Position numbers and translations under genes: made by a program. Below, in pieces: positions 12,511-24,350 of a stretch of DNA of 64,000 nt (positions are counted from its first letter, which is position 1; each line of letters opens with the position of its first letter). The notes under the pieces were generated by a model. The model had not been told where the DNA came from. It searched no databases and saw only the letters and a list, made by a program, of their open reading frames with translations. This DNA comes from Felis catus (taxonomy: Eukaryota). The DNA lies in NCBI RefSeq assembly GCF_018350175.1, contig NC_058368.1, positions 133,364,001-133,428,000 of the forward strand, read 5' to 3'.

Positions 12511-13136
12511 TCACTATACCACGAAGTTTCCCTCGTTCTCCTCCAGCAGTCTAGTGGGTGCGTGTGTGTGCGTGACTGTGTTTCCTTTTAAATTTCTACT
12601 TCTGGGCAGTTTCCTCAATTCTACTTTTTCGAAACAAAGTCCAGTTCTTCTCCAAGGTCTCACCGCCCCCTCAGCCATCTCTCCCTGGCGTTCCAAGGCC
12701 GGCCAGCCACTCCTCCGCTAAGTTCGGAGTCCAAGCCTTTGGCTCCGATTCCAGGCTCCGGGTGCCCCCTCCGCCACCGCCTCTCGCCAGTCCCGGGGGC
12801 CCCAGCGCTCCGCCGGATCCCGTAGCCCGCGCCTCGCCCCGCCTCCCCTACCTGACGCCCGTGCGGCCGGGGGCGCCGCAGCCTCCGCCCACCGGCGCGC
12901 CTGCCCTGCCATTGGCTCCCCTGGCTGCCCGTCTCCTCCGCCGGCCCCGCTCCTGCCCGGAGGCAGGTTTTGCTGGCGAAGCCGCAGTCCCGGCGGCGCG
13001 GGCGCAGCTCGCTAGGATTGTGGAGCGTAGAGCGCCGGCTCGAGCTGGCCTCTCCCCGCGCGCGGGAGCCCCGGTCGGCCGCCAAATCTGGGCGGCTGGT
13101 AACTTGGCGGCGGGCTCCCGCGGCCGTGCCGCGGCC

Positions 13137-13142
13137 ATGTAG
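13137..13142 (+). promoter_or_regulatory. Start-stop element (ATG TAG) in presumed 5'UTR
   Basis: GCCGCGGCC-ATG-TAG; only + strand ATG between ~12900 and the MAST4 start at 13283. Confidence 0.55.
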
Positions 13143-13282
13143 TCGCCGGCGTGGCTCCCCGCAGCCCGGGAGCGGCAGCGAGAGCGAGCCGGAGCCGCGT
13201 AGCCCGCAGCTTTCCCTGGAGACGCTGAGTGCCCGCCGCGTCCCCGCTGCCCCTCGGGCTGCACTTTGGGCCCGAGAGAGAA

Positions 13283-13639
13283 ATGGGGGAGAAAGTTTCG
13301 GAGGCGCCGGAGCCGGTGCCCCGTGGCTGCAGCGGCCACGGCGCCCGGGCTCCTGCCCCTGCGGTGGCCGCCGCATCCTCGCCTGGCGCTTCCTCGGCCG
13401 AGTCCTCCTCGGGCTCAGAAACTCTGTCGGAGGAAGGGGAGCCCGGCGGCTTCTCTCGAGAGCAGCCGCAGCCACCGCCGCCGGGCGGCGCCCTAGGCGC
13501 CCCGCCGCCCGCCGCGTGGGCTCCCGCGCGCGTGGTGCTTGAGCTTGGAGTCTGTGCGCCGCCGCCGCAGCTCCGCGGAGGAACCGCGCCGCCCGCGCCG
13601 CGGGGCAGCAGCGCGTCCCAGGAGGAGCAGGACGAGGAG
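13283..13639 (+). CDS. MAST4: MAST4 coding exon 1 (N-terminal 119 aa, partial CDS; phase-0 intron follows)
   Basis: Translation MGEKVSEAPEPVPRGCSGHG...SSPGASSAESSSGSETLSEEGEPGGFSRE...PAPRGSSASQEEQDEE matches the human MAST4 N-terminus as I recall it. Strong Kozak context (GAAATGG). Similarity ends exactly at the GAG|GTGGGC donor (13640). The next residues recalled for human (LDHILSPPP...) appear in none of the listed ORFs. Confidence 0.93.
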
Positions 13640-15823
13640 GTGGGCCCCGCCTTCCCCCGCTCGCCCCCCTCCGGGTCCCTGCTGTCGGGAGACCTCAGCT
13701 CTCCACTCCGCGCGCAGCCCACGGCTGGGCGCCCCGGGGCGTGGAGAGGGGGAGGGACCCCAGGTGCTCTGCCCCGAGCCCGGGGTGCTGGCAGTTAGGA
13801 GCCTCCCTGTGGGTCATTGACGTCTCATGGCTGTTACCTCCGTGTGTGTGCCTTCATGTGCGGCCTGATCGTGTGCTTTTTATGTCAAAAGAGCAAACTC
13901 CTTAATGTTTGTGTCTGCTACGGTGGCTCTGTGAATGAGTGATCTGGACGCCCGGCTGGTCCCCACAACTAAGATCTTCTTTTCCGAAGTGGGCGTTGCT
14001 TCCCGCCGAAGCTCTCTGGCGGAGAGGGAGTGTGGTGAGGGGATAGGTGTGGGGAAGAGACGGTGTGTCTGTCCTGGCGGAAGAGTGGGAGCGGTACCCG
14101 TGGAGTTTCGCCGGGGCGTGTCAGTGACGCCGGCTCCCCGGGATCACCTGCGGGTGGTTTTGGCTGGTCCCCGCAGCGTCGGTCCTCTGAGAGAGCGGGA
14201 CTCCGAGCTCTCGGTCGGCGCCACTGTCGTGCACGCCTGCATCTCTCTTTCGGACTTGGTCCTGGGTGTCCAGATGCGCGCTGGTTGCCAGACTGGATAG
14301 AGAACCCCTGATTTTCTTCCGGGAGACTGTTTCCATCCTGGTCTCCTGGAAGAACGTTCATCCAAAACTTGTGGGTCGCGTCCTGACACATTGAGCGTAT
14401 GACTTTGGTGTCCTCTAGATAGCTTTCCTTGGCCTTTTTTTTTTTTTTTTTTTTTTGGCAAGGGGTGTGTTGGGGGGGCTTTGGAGCACAGTTAGAGAAG
14501 CATAAGGTTCTTCATTATCTTTTAGATTGTTTGCTTTGGAGAGTTGTGCCTAAGTCATCTTGTTCAGGCAGGGCTATAAATAAAACATCGTCCTAACATA
14601 GAGCCCTTGTGAAGTTAATTCCTCAGTGCCAGAGTCCTATTTTTTCTCCTCCTGGATGGGGTTAGCTTTAGTAGGTAATTGTCTTTATCCCTCAGAATGT
14701 GCACGTTGAGGTCAGTGTCCTGCCAGTGACGCCCAGGGACCTCATTCTGGAGGCAAAGAGTGGATCTGGCACAGGGTGAGGGGAGTGATGTCCTGGCGAG
14801 GCAGAGATGGAGCAGCGCTGTTTGGTCGATGGCCAAGCTTCTGGCAGAAACCATGATCGATTTTCCAGTGCCCTGGAGAATTGCAAGGATCCTGGACAGG
14901 TGTTTGGAGACTTGCTTTCTGAGTTCTGAGTTATGAGCCTTAGGCAAGTGGTTTCATTCCTCTGAGGTATGGTTTTATCTGTAGAATGAGGGGTTTGAAC
15001 CAGGTAACTTCAAGTTCATTTCCACAGAAATACTCTTTTTTGCTGATCAGGAATTTAGGATGGGTCAAATGTTCAGATTGATCCTAGGGACAGAATGCCA
15101 GGAGTTAAGCTGAGTGCCATACCTGCCACAGAACTGTCAGAGTCCCTCAGTGGTTGCATCTCATTTTTAAGATGTCAGGCATGTGCCAGGTGTTTATCCT
15201 GTGACATCTGCCTCAACTTTCAAGATGAGCGCCCTTGTCATTGGGCAGCTGGGGGTATGCCCTAATTCACTGATTTACTAGTAGATTCTAATTTAGTGTT
15301 GTCATTGGTCGAGAAGATGCCCAGTGTTTTCTCTGTAGCTAGGAGAGGTTGCTCTGGGGTAAATGACACAGTCTTGCATATGGGTGGGGTAAGCAATGAG
15401 CTTCTCACTTTTGATCCCAATTCTGTAGCTGATTTATTGCCTGGCCTCATGGTGACAGTGTTTTACTTCCTGGGAAGAGATATAATGATAGCTTATTTCT
15501 CAGGCAATGCAGTGAGGACTGGTTGATTGAAACACATTTTGGAAAGTGGAATGACTAAATAACATTGGTCACTATTTGTGAAATCTCAGAATTGGATGTA
15601 AACTGATACAGTATTGCATTTATTGTGTAACTGACTCTGTGGCAGAGGTTGCTGGAAGTTATCCAGGAGTGGAAATCTTGACTTGGCTGTGAGAATTTTA
15701 AAGTGAAATTAACTGTGGAGTTTTTTTTTTTTTCCTCCTCAGGAGCCGAGAAGTGGTAGTCTTGGTGAAAGGCGTTAAAGTCCAGTGTGCATTTTCTGGT
15801 TTTACTTGGGTGATGGTATGGTG

Positions 15824-15962
15824 CAGTGATTTTTAACCTTTTGTGGGATGGTAGGCTTCTTTGAGAATCTAATGTCAGCTCTACACCGGCTCCTCAGAAA
15901 ATGCACACAACTACAAGCACCATTCCAGAGGGTTCAGTCAGGAACACTGGGTTGCAAACACT
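15824..15962. mobile_element. hAT/Charlie-type MITE fossil
   Basis: cagtgatttttaacc...ctttgagaatcta...cagaaaatgcac...ggttgcaaacact termini. Confidence 0.5.
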
Positions 15963-16605
15963 AAGTTTAGTGGGAAGACATGGGTGTGCTTCCCAACTCT
16001 GCCGCATTAACTGGCTGTGGGATTGTGGACCATTCAATTAGTTGTAGCCCCAGTTTTTTCACCTTTAAATGGGAATCACAACAATAGAGTTGTTAGGCAT
16101 TTTATACCTGCGATTTTATGTAGTCCTAGCACACTAATATATAGCATGAAGTGCTAAGTAAATATTAATTTTTCAAGTTCACTGGTGATGAATATCTTTG
16201 TGACATGGAAGTACGAACTTGGGCTGGCTTGTTATTTTTATGCGTAATTAACCTGCTACTTTGAGACAACCTGAGGCTGTGTCTGCTCAGGTTATTCTCA
16301 TTTTATTAGCATAAGCTGGGAAACAGATTTCATTTGAATCAGGTCGTATTATGGCAATGCACTGTTAGAGTAATGTCCTACTATGGCAAGGTGCTGAGTA
16401 TAATGCTTTAAAAGGCTTAAGTGCAATGCATAAAATGGAAAGAGGTTCATTTAGATCTTTAAATTGTTGTGTCTAGCTTGGGAGAGTCATTGTTTTCCAA
16501 AGTTTTTTTTTTTTTCTTCTCATAATAACTTACTGCATCACTTTTTATTTATTTATTTTTATTTTTATTTTTTTCTGCATCACTTTTTAAAAAGCACCAA
16601 AATTC

Positions 16606-16815
16606 TAGACGCCTGGGTGGCTCAGTTGGTTAAGCACCCGACTTCTGCTCAGGTCATGATCTCATGGTTTTTGGGTTCCAGCCCTGCCACAGGCTCTGTG
16701 CTGACAGCTTAGAGCCTGGAGCCTGCTTCAAATTCTGTGTCTTCTCTCTCTGCCCCTCCCCTGCTCATGCTTGATCTCTCTCTCTCAAAAATAAACATTA
16801 AAATAAATTTTAAAA
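16606..16815 (+). mobile_element. Can-SINE
   Basis: gcctgggtggctcagttggttaagc head, CT tract, A tail. Confidence 0.92.
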
Positions 16816-18019
16816 AACAGCAAAATTCAAGTATGTGGTGTATAATTGCAGTGCTAACTTGTTTTTGGCAACCTTGTTGAAGCTGATTTGAGTATATCAA
16901 TAGTGTTTGACCTATTATGTATTTTATCTTACTATCAGTATTTGTGTGAACTTACTAGGTATCGGAGACTTAAATCAGCCCTTTACACTTTTGTTGCTTA
17001 AAAACAATAAGAAGGCAGTGTTTGCATTCTTCTGTATTTAAACACCTGGGAGTTAGAGATGGTGCATATCACTTAGTTTAATAAACTGCATCTGACTTCC
17101 TCCGCTGCTTCCCTAAGCCTGTGCAATTGGAGTCTGCGGGTGTTGAGGGTTGGTGGCTCTGTCGATCTACAGGCATCTATCTAGATTGGGGGACTGTTGC
17201 TGTGACCACATTTCTGAGATTTACTTGTAGGCAACTTTGTCCTGTCTTTTCCCAAAGTACCGTGTGATGACACTAATGAAGTACTCAGGTACCGTTTGCT
17301 GTCTATCACTGACCTCCTCGGGGGCAGGGATTTTGTCCTATATGCCTAGCACAGTACCTCTAGTATATTAGTACAGACTCCGTGAGTATATATTGAATGA
17401 ATGAGGAAAAAAGGACATCTTTGAAAATAGTTATGCATTTGATTGAACGGTGACTGTGTGTTTTCATTTGTTGTGTATGTTGTGAATTATGCCCAGACCT
17501 CTAGATCTCTTATCAAAAATACCTCATGGATCCAGGTAAAAAAAAAATTTTTTTTGATCCAGGTAAATTTTGAACAAAGCTAAATCGCTGAGGATCCACT
17601 CAAAATACCTTTAAAGGGACTTGTGTATTAAGTCCACTTTTCACTGTGTCTATTAGAACTTGAAACTTGGAAGCATTCTTAGAATGGCTGAAAAAGAAAA
17701 GGCTTAGTGGTTAAAAGGATTTTCAACTCCATGTATAAAGTGGCTCATTTATACTCTGCTATACTACAAGGTTTGTTTTATTGACGTACGTTGGGGAACA
17801 GTTTCCTGCGTGACAATAGGCACAGTCATGGGATGTCTTTGAACTGTTCTATTGAATGGTGTTTGAGTGCTGCTCTTAATAATACCTGGGATGTGTTTGT
17901 GGGATTCCTGCACACAGTAGTGATGCAGTACATGAATTTCTGCTGTTCATTGTTTAAGAAAACAAATAGCGAAAAACAACTATGAATTCAGTAAAGCTTT
18001 TCATTGAGTTTGAATTTTA

Positions 18020-18235
18020 TTTTATTATTTTATTAATGCTTATTTATTAGAGAGAGAAAGCATGAGCATGGGAGGGGTAGAGATTAGAGAGAGAGAGGGA
18101 GACACAGAATCGGAAGCAGGCTCCAGGCTCTGAGTTGTCAGCACAGAGCCCTACATGGGGCTTGAACTCACAAACCGTGAGATCATGACCTAAGCCGAAG
18201 TTGAACGCTCAACCGACTGAGCCACCCAGGCACCC
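18020..18235 (-). mobile_element. Can-SINE
   Basis: TSD tgagtttg(a/t)atttta. Confidence 0.94.
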
Positions 18236-18354
18236 TGAGTTTGTATTTTATTAATCACAGCAGCTACGTAATTTGAACAAAAGCAGTGCATAAATCTTGG
18301 TGCATTTATTATTTTGTCCACTTTTTTGACTCACCATTTTGATAAGAGAGTTGA

Positions 18355-18950
18355 GAAAATCAGTCAACCAATATATATTGCATGAGACTCTAGTGACGCA
18401 TTGGTCTCAGCATTAAGGACATGAAAGTGGATGAGACAGAGATAGTTTGGACCCTACAAAGCTTCTAGTGTAGTTGAGGGAGATGGTCACACAACACACG
18501 ATTATTAATTAGTTGGTTTCAAAGGAAGTAAATGGAACAGAGGAGCAGGCTGTGAGGGAGTGTGTCTATATCATGGAGCTCTCTTAGTCTGGGAGGTGAG
18601 AACTGCCTCACTGAGGAGGTGATGTTGAGCTGAGACATAATGGATGAGCAGGGAGATAGCTGGGAGATACCATGGGTAAGAGCCATGCAGGTAGCTGGAG
18701 GCCCTAAAGTGGGAGAGAGTATGGTGGGTCTGCGGGTCATTTGGCATGGAGGAGGGGGGAGCATAACATCAGATGACACTTGAGAGTGATGCAGCAGCTG
18801 GTGCTGAGAGCCGTTGAAGGATTTGAATCGAGATAGTGGTATGGTGAGATTTGTGTTTGGGAGGGCAGGAAGCACGAAGCCCACCTGTTGGGAACTGCTT
18901 GTGTAGCCTGCTTAAATGTTCCAGGATTGGAGCTGATAACCTAGAAGAAG
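18355..18950 (-). mobile_element. LINE-2 fragment
   Basis: gcctcactgaggaggtgatgttgagctgagac, ggaggccctaaagtgggagag antisense L2 motifs. Confidence 0.7.
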
Positions 18951-19889
18951 GCATCTTAATAAATGATGTGTACATGGAACAGGGGGTTCATTCCTGGTAG
19001 TTCAAGTGCCCCAGGTAAACACATGGCAAATACTGTAGAAAAAGAATTGAGCTCTTTTCAAGAGAATACCATAGTGTGAATATTAATGCTCCTTTTCACT
19101 GTGATGTTGCCTTAAGCCTACTATTTTCTTGAAGGAAAAACTTTATTAATAGGAATGGTGACTGAGAAGAGGGCCTTGGAATAGTTCATTTCCACAGTAA
19201 ATTACAGAGAAATATTTACCCAAGGTGAATACAAGGGGAAATTGCCCTGAGATTGTATGAGATTCCTTGTCGGTGGGAAGTGTGGTGTTGGTGAGCTAAT
19301 ACACATTATGAGAATCTAGCTTGTTTGCTTGTATTTTCCTAGAGAAGGGCTGATCAGCATCAGAGAACTAAGGATTTTGCCTTTTCCACCTCTGGTCTGA
19401 GGTATTCAAGGGAAAGGTCATATTTATATTTTGCCATTGTTTTACAGTTGGTGACAAACCTATGTATTAAGTATGTATTACAGTCAGTGACAAAGCTGTG
19501 TATTAGATTCAGTGGATACAGTGTATGAGTCCCATTGTTTCTCACTTTGTCCCATGGAGGAAGGTTGTGGAAGAACTATAGTGCGGGGTGCAAACATGAT
19601 ACATTGTAGAAAGAGCCTTCTCACAATGAGAAGGATCCATAATAGGGTGGCCTGGCATTGAAGAAAACTGAGTGGGTATGTGTGTGTGTGCGCGCATGCA
19701 TGCACGCACATGTGTATCTTAAAAGAGATGCTTGTACTTTTTATACGAAAGAAACCTCATGTCATTTATAATCACATTCTCGTGTTCTGTACTATTGTCA
19801 GGAAAGGGCATGTGCTCCTCTCCTTCATCCCTTAAGGGCTAGCAGCCAGTTTTTCTCTGCCCTGGGTGAGAGTCAGTAGTGCCTGAAGG

Positions 19890-20095
19890 TACGGACTGAT
19901 GACACTGAGCCACTTACAGGTTGTGTGACTTTGGAAAGGTTTTTAATACTGAGACTGTTTCCTCATCGGTCAAATGGACATGGCAACATTTATTGCAGAG
20001 GGTTGTTAGGAGAATTAAGAATTATACTTTATATGAAGTAGTCAGCATGATGCCTTGCACATAGTATGTATTCCGTAGCAGCATTTGTTATTACT
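19890..20095 (+). mobile_element. MIR
   Basis: tgtgtgactttggaaag...gtttcctcatcggtcaaatgg...gcacatagta. Confidence 0.75.
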
Positions 20096-21131
20096 GAGCA
20101 TGAGGAGCTGGTTTATGCAGAATGGCTATGACATAGCCAGGAATAATTAGAAGCCTAGCGGTCCCTTCCCTGATGGATTATGCTACTAGCATGTTTTGTT
20201 GGTAGTCATGACAGGCCCTTTCATTCATGAGTAGGTAGATGTGTAGCACAGTTATCACTTTTAATTTCATAGAGCATTTCTTATAATGTACTAACAGGAA
20301 AGCTTTATGGTGTATGGTTCATTAACCCTTCTATTAAGATATGATCTCTCTTTTACTCATGGAACTTGCTCTTAGTGATCATTTATTAATAATATCCTAA
20401 ACAACTGTATGAACATGTAAATTACTGGCTTTGCCCAGGGATTTAGTCAGAAGGCAGCATGTCAGTTGTATGGTGAGGCTGGTGAGATGATGACCATGCA
20501 CTTAAGTATCCAAGGTAATGATTTGGAGGCTGAGAACGGAGTAATAAGACCAATCAAATGATTTTTTGGAAGCCAGCTTTGGTTTATATATGAGTTAGGG
20601 TGGAGTGGGGCAAGGCAGGTGGTCCAAGGGCCACCCCAATTTTACAGAGAGGAAATCTATTAGAAGTGTGATTGTACTTTTAAAAGTACAAGAATTAAGA
20701 TATGTAAATTGTCCCCCCCCCCCATTCTGTTGTGTCCCTTTGGGGCAGTGTAGACATGTCAACCTTTAAGGCAAAAATAAAAACAATCTAGGAGCACTTT
20801 TGATAAAATTCAAATGCCACTGCAGGGACTGCACCTCTCACCAACCTGGTGCTCTGTCTTATGAACCTGTTTAGGCTGCTGTTTATACAACTTTGCATTG
20901 TTCAGAGATTCTTGTTCTCTTTTATGTCTCTGATATTTTGTCTGGTTTCTTGTCTGGTACTGTTCTCTTGGGTTAAAGCAGAACATAACATAAGATTCAA
21001 CAGAAGTCTTATCCTCCACCAGCTTCTGTGTACTTGTCTCTTTCATTATCTGTCTCCATGAACTCTCACCTGGTTCGCAATTCCTGGGAAGGAAAGGAGA
21101 GAAAAGCCTTCCCCCAAAGGGGAAATGTTGG

Positions 21132-21152
21132 TTCAGGACCGTGGTCAGCGGC
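21132..21152 (+). promoter_or_regulatory. Candidate RE1/NRSE (REST site)
   Basis: TTCAGGACCGTGGTCAGCGGC vs consensus TTCAGCACCnnGGACAGCGCC: 16 of 19 fixed positions match, canonical 2-nt spacer. Confidence 0.5.
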
Positions 21153-22257
21153 ACACATACATCAAAGTCACATTTCAATGTATAGAACTTGTATGCAGTT
21201 TCTGGTGGTCCCTCCCACTTAATAAGGAGCATTCACTGCTTATTTAATGATTTGAATTCATAACTAGCCACATGTGTCTGTGAGACAGCCTATGAATTTG
21301 TACCCTAGACTTGTACTCTTTTGCCAGCCCATCAATTCCTCTCTTGGACACAGTCGATATAATTTTGATTATGATACTTATTTCCACTGAGCCTTTCAGC
21401 CCCAGTGGTTTGTACTGATATTGGGGGCTGGGATGAGGTGGGGATGTGTGTGAGAGAGAGGAAGTACTGTTAGATTGGCTTTCTTTTCTTAACTAATTTC
21501 ATAGGCTATCATGTGGAAAATGAAAATTTAATTTTATTCTTGACACTGTAATTTAGTGGTATTTTCAGTGGCTGGCAAGCTCACAGGTGCACCCAATTTA
21601 GTTTGGGTAGTTGAATGTACGTTAATAATTGCACATTGGGTGTGGGTCCTTTGGCCTCTTAGAACTTGGTCAGCTACATTTTCGATAAGCTGAGAAATTA
21701 GGTATGTAGGTCGCTCCTGTCTGATAATTTTGTGCCTTTCTGTGTTTTAAAAATAATGCCATCATATCTCTGACTTCTGGTGTTAACATTTGTTGTTTAG
21801 GCATTTCTTTGTGCAGAGGTGGACACACCTTCTGCAGTGCGGGAAGGGACCTGGTGCATCATCGGCGGGAGGGAAGTAAAGTAAAATTGGGTTAGAATTG
21901 GTTAAAATTTTATGTCATTGAACATGTCATTGAGACGTATATTACAGAAATTAAAAATTTAAAATTGCTTCTTAGGGCAGTCATTGCTACCTAAACTACA
22001 TTAAGGTGTTGAAATGAGATGCAGTGATGATCAAATCTATTTCGTGTATAAAAGGTGAAAGGATTATTTTCACAAACAAGTTCATTATGAATAAATTGGC
22101 TCTGTAGGAGTGTTTATAGCTCCTACACATGTAACATAAACTCAGAAAATCTGCTTTGTTACTCCCATAGTTTTAGCTGGAGTGTTTAGTTGAAATCATC
22201 TGAAGCTTAATTGAATTTGTTTGATGCTTATTTGAAGTCATCACCTCAGGCTTGTGG

Positions 22258-22462
22258 TTTTATTTTGTATTTTTTGAGGTTTATTTATTTATTTTGAGAG
22301 ACAGAGGAAGCAGGGGAGGGCCAGAAAGGGGGAAAGAGAATCCCTAGCAGGGTCTGAGCAGTGCAGAGCCTGATGGGGGCTTGAACTCACGAACCGCAAG
22401 ATCATGAGCTGAGCCGAAACCAAGAGTTAGAGCCTTAACGGATTGAGCTGCCCAGGTGCCCC
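22258..22462 (-). mobile_element. Can-SINE
   Basis: Antisense copy; TSD core aggcttgt. Confidence 0.9.
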
Positions 22463-24140
22463 TTGTTAGGCTTGTTTTAAGAGGGCTGCTCTGGGGATTC
22501 TCAGGTGTAGCCAAGATGAGGAGAATGTTTGCTCCAGGCAGAAGGGCAGCCCAAGAAAAAGGACCACTGAGAGGTTTTACCTAGGGAGGAGAACTTCAGT
22601 CTCATCTCAAATGAATAGAGTGCCTATCAGGAAGACTCAAGAAAATGCTGACCTTTCATTTTTGTGGCTCTCTTGTGACTAGTGAGTAGAAGTGCCAGGT
22701 AAATTTGGTGCAGTTTTAAAGACTAAGCGAGTGCTGTGTGAGCATGGGAGAGTGATGGAGAATGTGAGGAAAACTGCCTGTCAAATAAGAAAAGACTAAC
22801 TTCTCTTTGCCTTGTGTTATGGTACTTTAACTTATTCTTTGAAGTAGTACTTTTGTAAATTTTATTTAATGTACCACTTAATTTCCTTGGAATTTCTTGG
22901 CATTTTGTTCTTCGTACACTGATTAGTTATCCGCACAAGCTGTTAACTGCTGGCTAGGAAGAGAAGTACAGTTAGAGTGGTTCTAAGATCTTTTAGACTA
23001 ATTTCAATCTGCGGTGACGGGTGGGTTTTAGGCATGGTGCAGATTCACTATTAGAAGAAAGAAAATGGAAATCACAACTTTGAACTCTTCATTAAGAACA
23101 AACAAACCCTTTTGTTTTCATGAGTTGCACTTTGGAAATTAGAACGTTTCCACCTGGAGCAAGCTGAGTGTAATTTTAAAATCAGGGAATGAGACCAACT
23201 GGAAGGAGTTATGCCGGTAGAGAAGCAACTTGACCATTTGGCAATTTTTTCTTCCCTTTCCTCTGTAGCTTGGCTGCTGGCATTTTAAAAAGAACATGAC
23301 AAACCATGTTAGTTGGGAGATTGTAGTAAACCTTTAGTTGAACAGAATATTTGGGGGAAAGGCCTTTCTCGGTTATGGAATTGTATGACTCAAAGAATTT
23401 TAAAGCTCTTTTTGCTCTCACTTTTTCTGCTTTTCCCCCTATAACGTCCTGGTGTGGTTTTCCTGCCTTCCTATTCTGTGAACGAGGTACTTTTTTTTTT
23501 TTTTTTTTTTTTTTTTTAATCATTTGACATCTTGTTCTGCTTTAGGGCTCTTGCTTTGGGCATCAATCATCTTTGAAAACCATTGAAGATGTAAAAGTGT
23601 TTAAGCAGAGGTAGTGAGGATAAAATTGCATGTAGTCTTGATGAAAGTAGGCAATATTTTTTTTTAATTTTAAAAGTTGAAGATAGTGGACTGTGTTGTA
23701 CCTCTGAAACTAATGAAACCTGTGCATCATCTCTCCTTCCATTTAGAAACAAGTGGAAGGTAGCAGCAGAAGTTCTTTTTGTGAGGATTGTGCTGCACCT
23801 CTTTGTCTTGGGTTGTGCCAGATCTCGTCTATATTGTTAATATCTGTACAGCACTTAAGTTTGGATAGCATTTTCTGCTATTTCATTGGTTTTCTCCTTC
23901 CCATTTTGTACACTTTTTTGGTAGTATCGTTAATAATTGATCTATCTCCCACTAGATTGTGAGTTCCTCTGAGTGGGAACGGTGTCCTGTCAACTTGAAT
24001 CCCCTCAACAGAGAGAGTGAACAGTGTAGAGTGAACAATAACATGTTGCACAAAATGGTACTTGAGCCATATTATGTGTTAAGACACCATTCTGAGGGCT
24101 TTACATGCATTTATTCACTGAACTTTTACCCAAGTCTTTT

Positions 24141-24350
24141 ATTTATTTTTGAGAGAGAGAGACAGAGAGAGAGAGAGCGTGAGCAAGCACGAGCAGGGGA
24201 GGGGCAGAGAGAGGGAGACCCAGAATGTGAAGCAGGCTCCAGGCTCTGAGCTGTCCGCGCAGAACCGATGTGGGGCTCGAACTCACGAACCGTGAGGTCA
24301 TGACCTGAGCTGAAATCGGACACTTAACGAACTGAGACACCTAGGTGCCC
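24141..24350 (-). mobile_element. Can-SINE
   Basis: TSD ttacc(c/a)aagtcttt. Confidence 0.94.

Larger units (their letters stand above)
12650..14390. promoter_or_regulatory. CpG island / MAST4 promoter, 5'UTR, exon 1 and start of intron 1
   Basis: Abrupt rise in GC and CpG density against a CpG-depleted background. GC boxes (CCCCGCCTCC ~12837, CTCCGCCC ~12883), inverted CCAAT (ATTGG 12911-12915), no evident TATA. TSS not determinable. Confidence 0.92.

Noticed and set aside
12660..13722. Long overlapping ORFs on both strands of the CpG island (271, 236, 190, 163 aa)
   Set aside because: Arg/Gly/Pro/Ala-rich low-complexity products expected from stop-codon scarcity at very high GC. Only the MAST4 frame is recognisable.
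13229..13798. 189-aa ORF as a complete single-exon gene
   Set aside because: It begins at an upstream GTG and reads through the splice donor. MAST4 similarity covers only 13283-13639.
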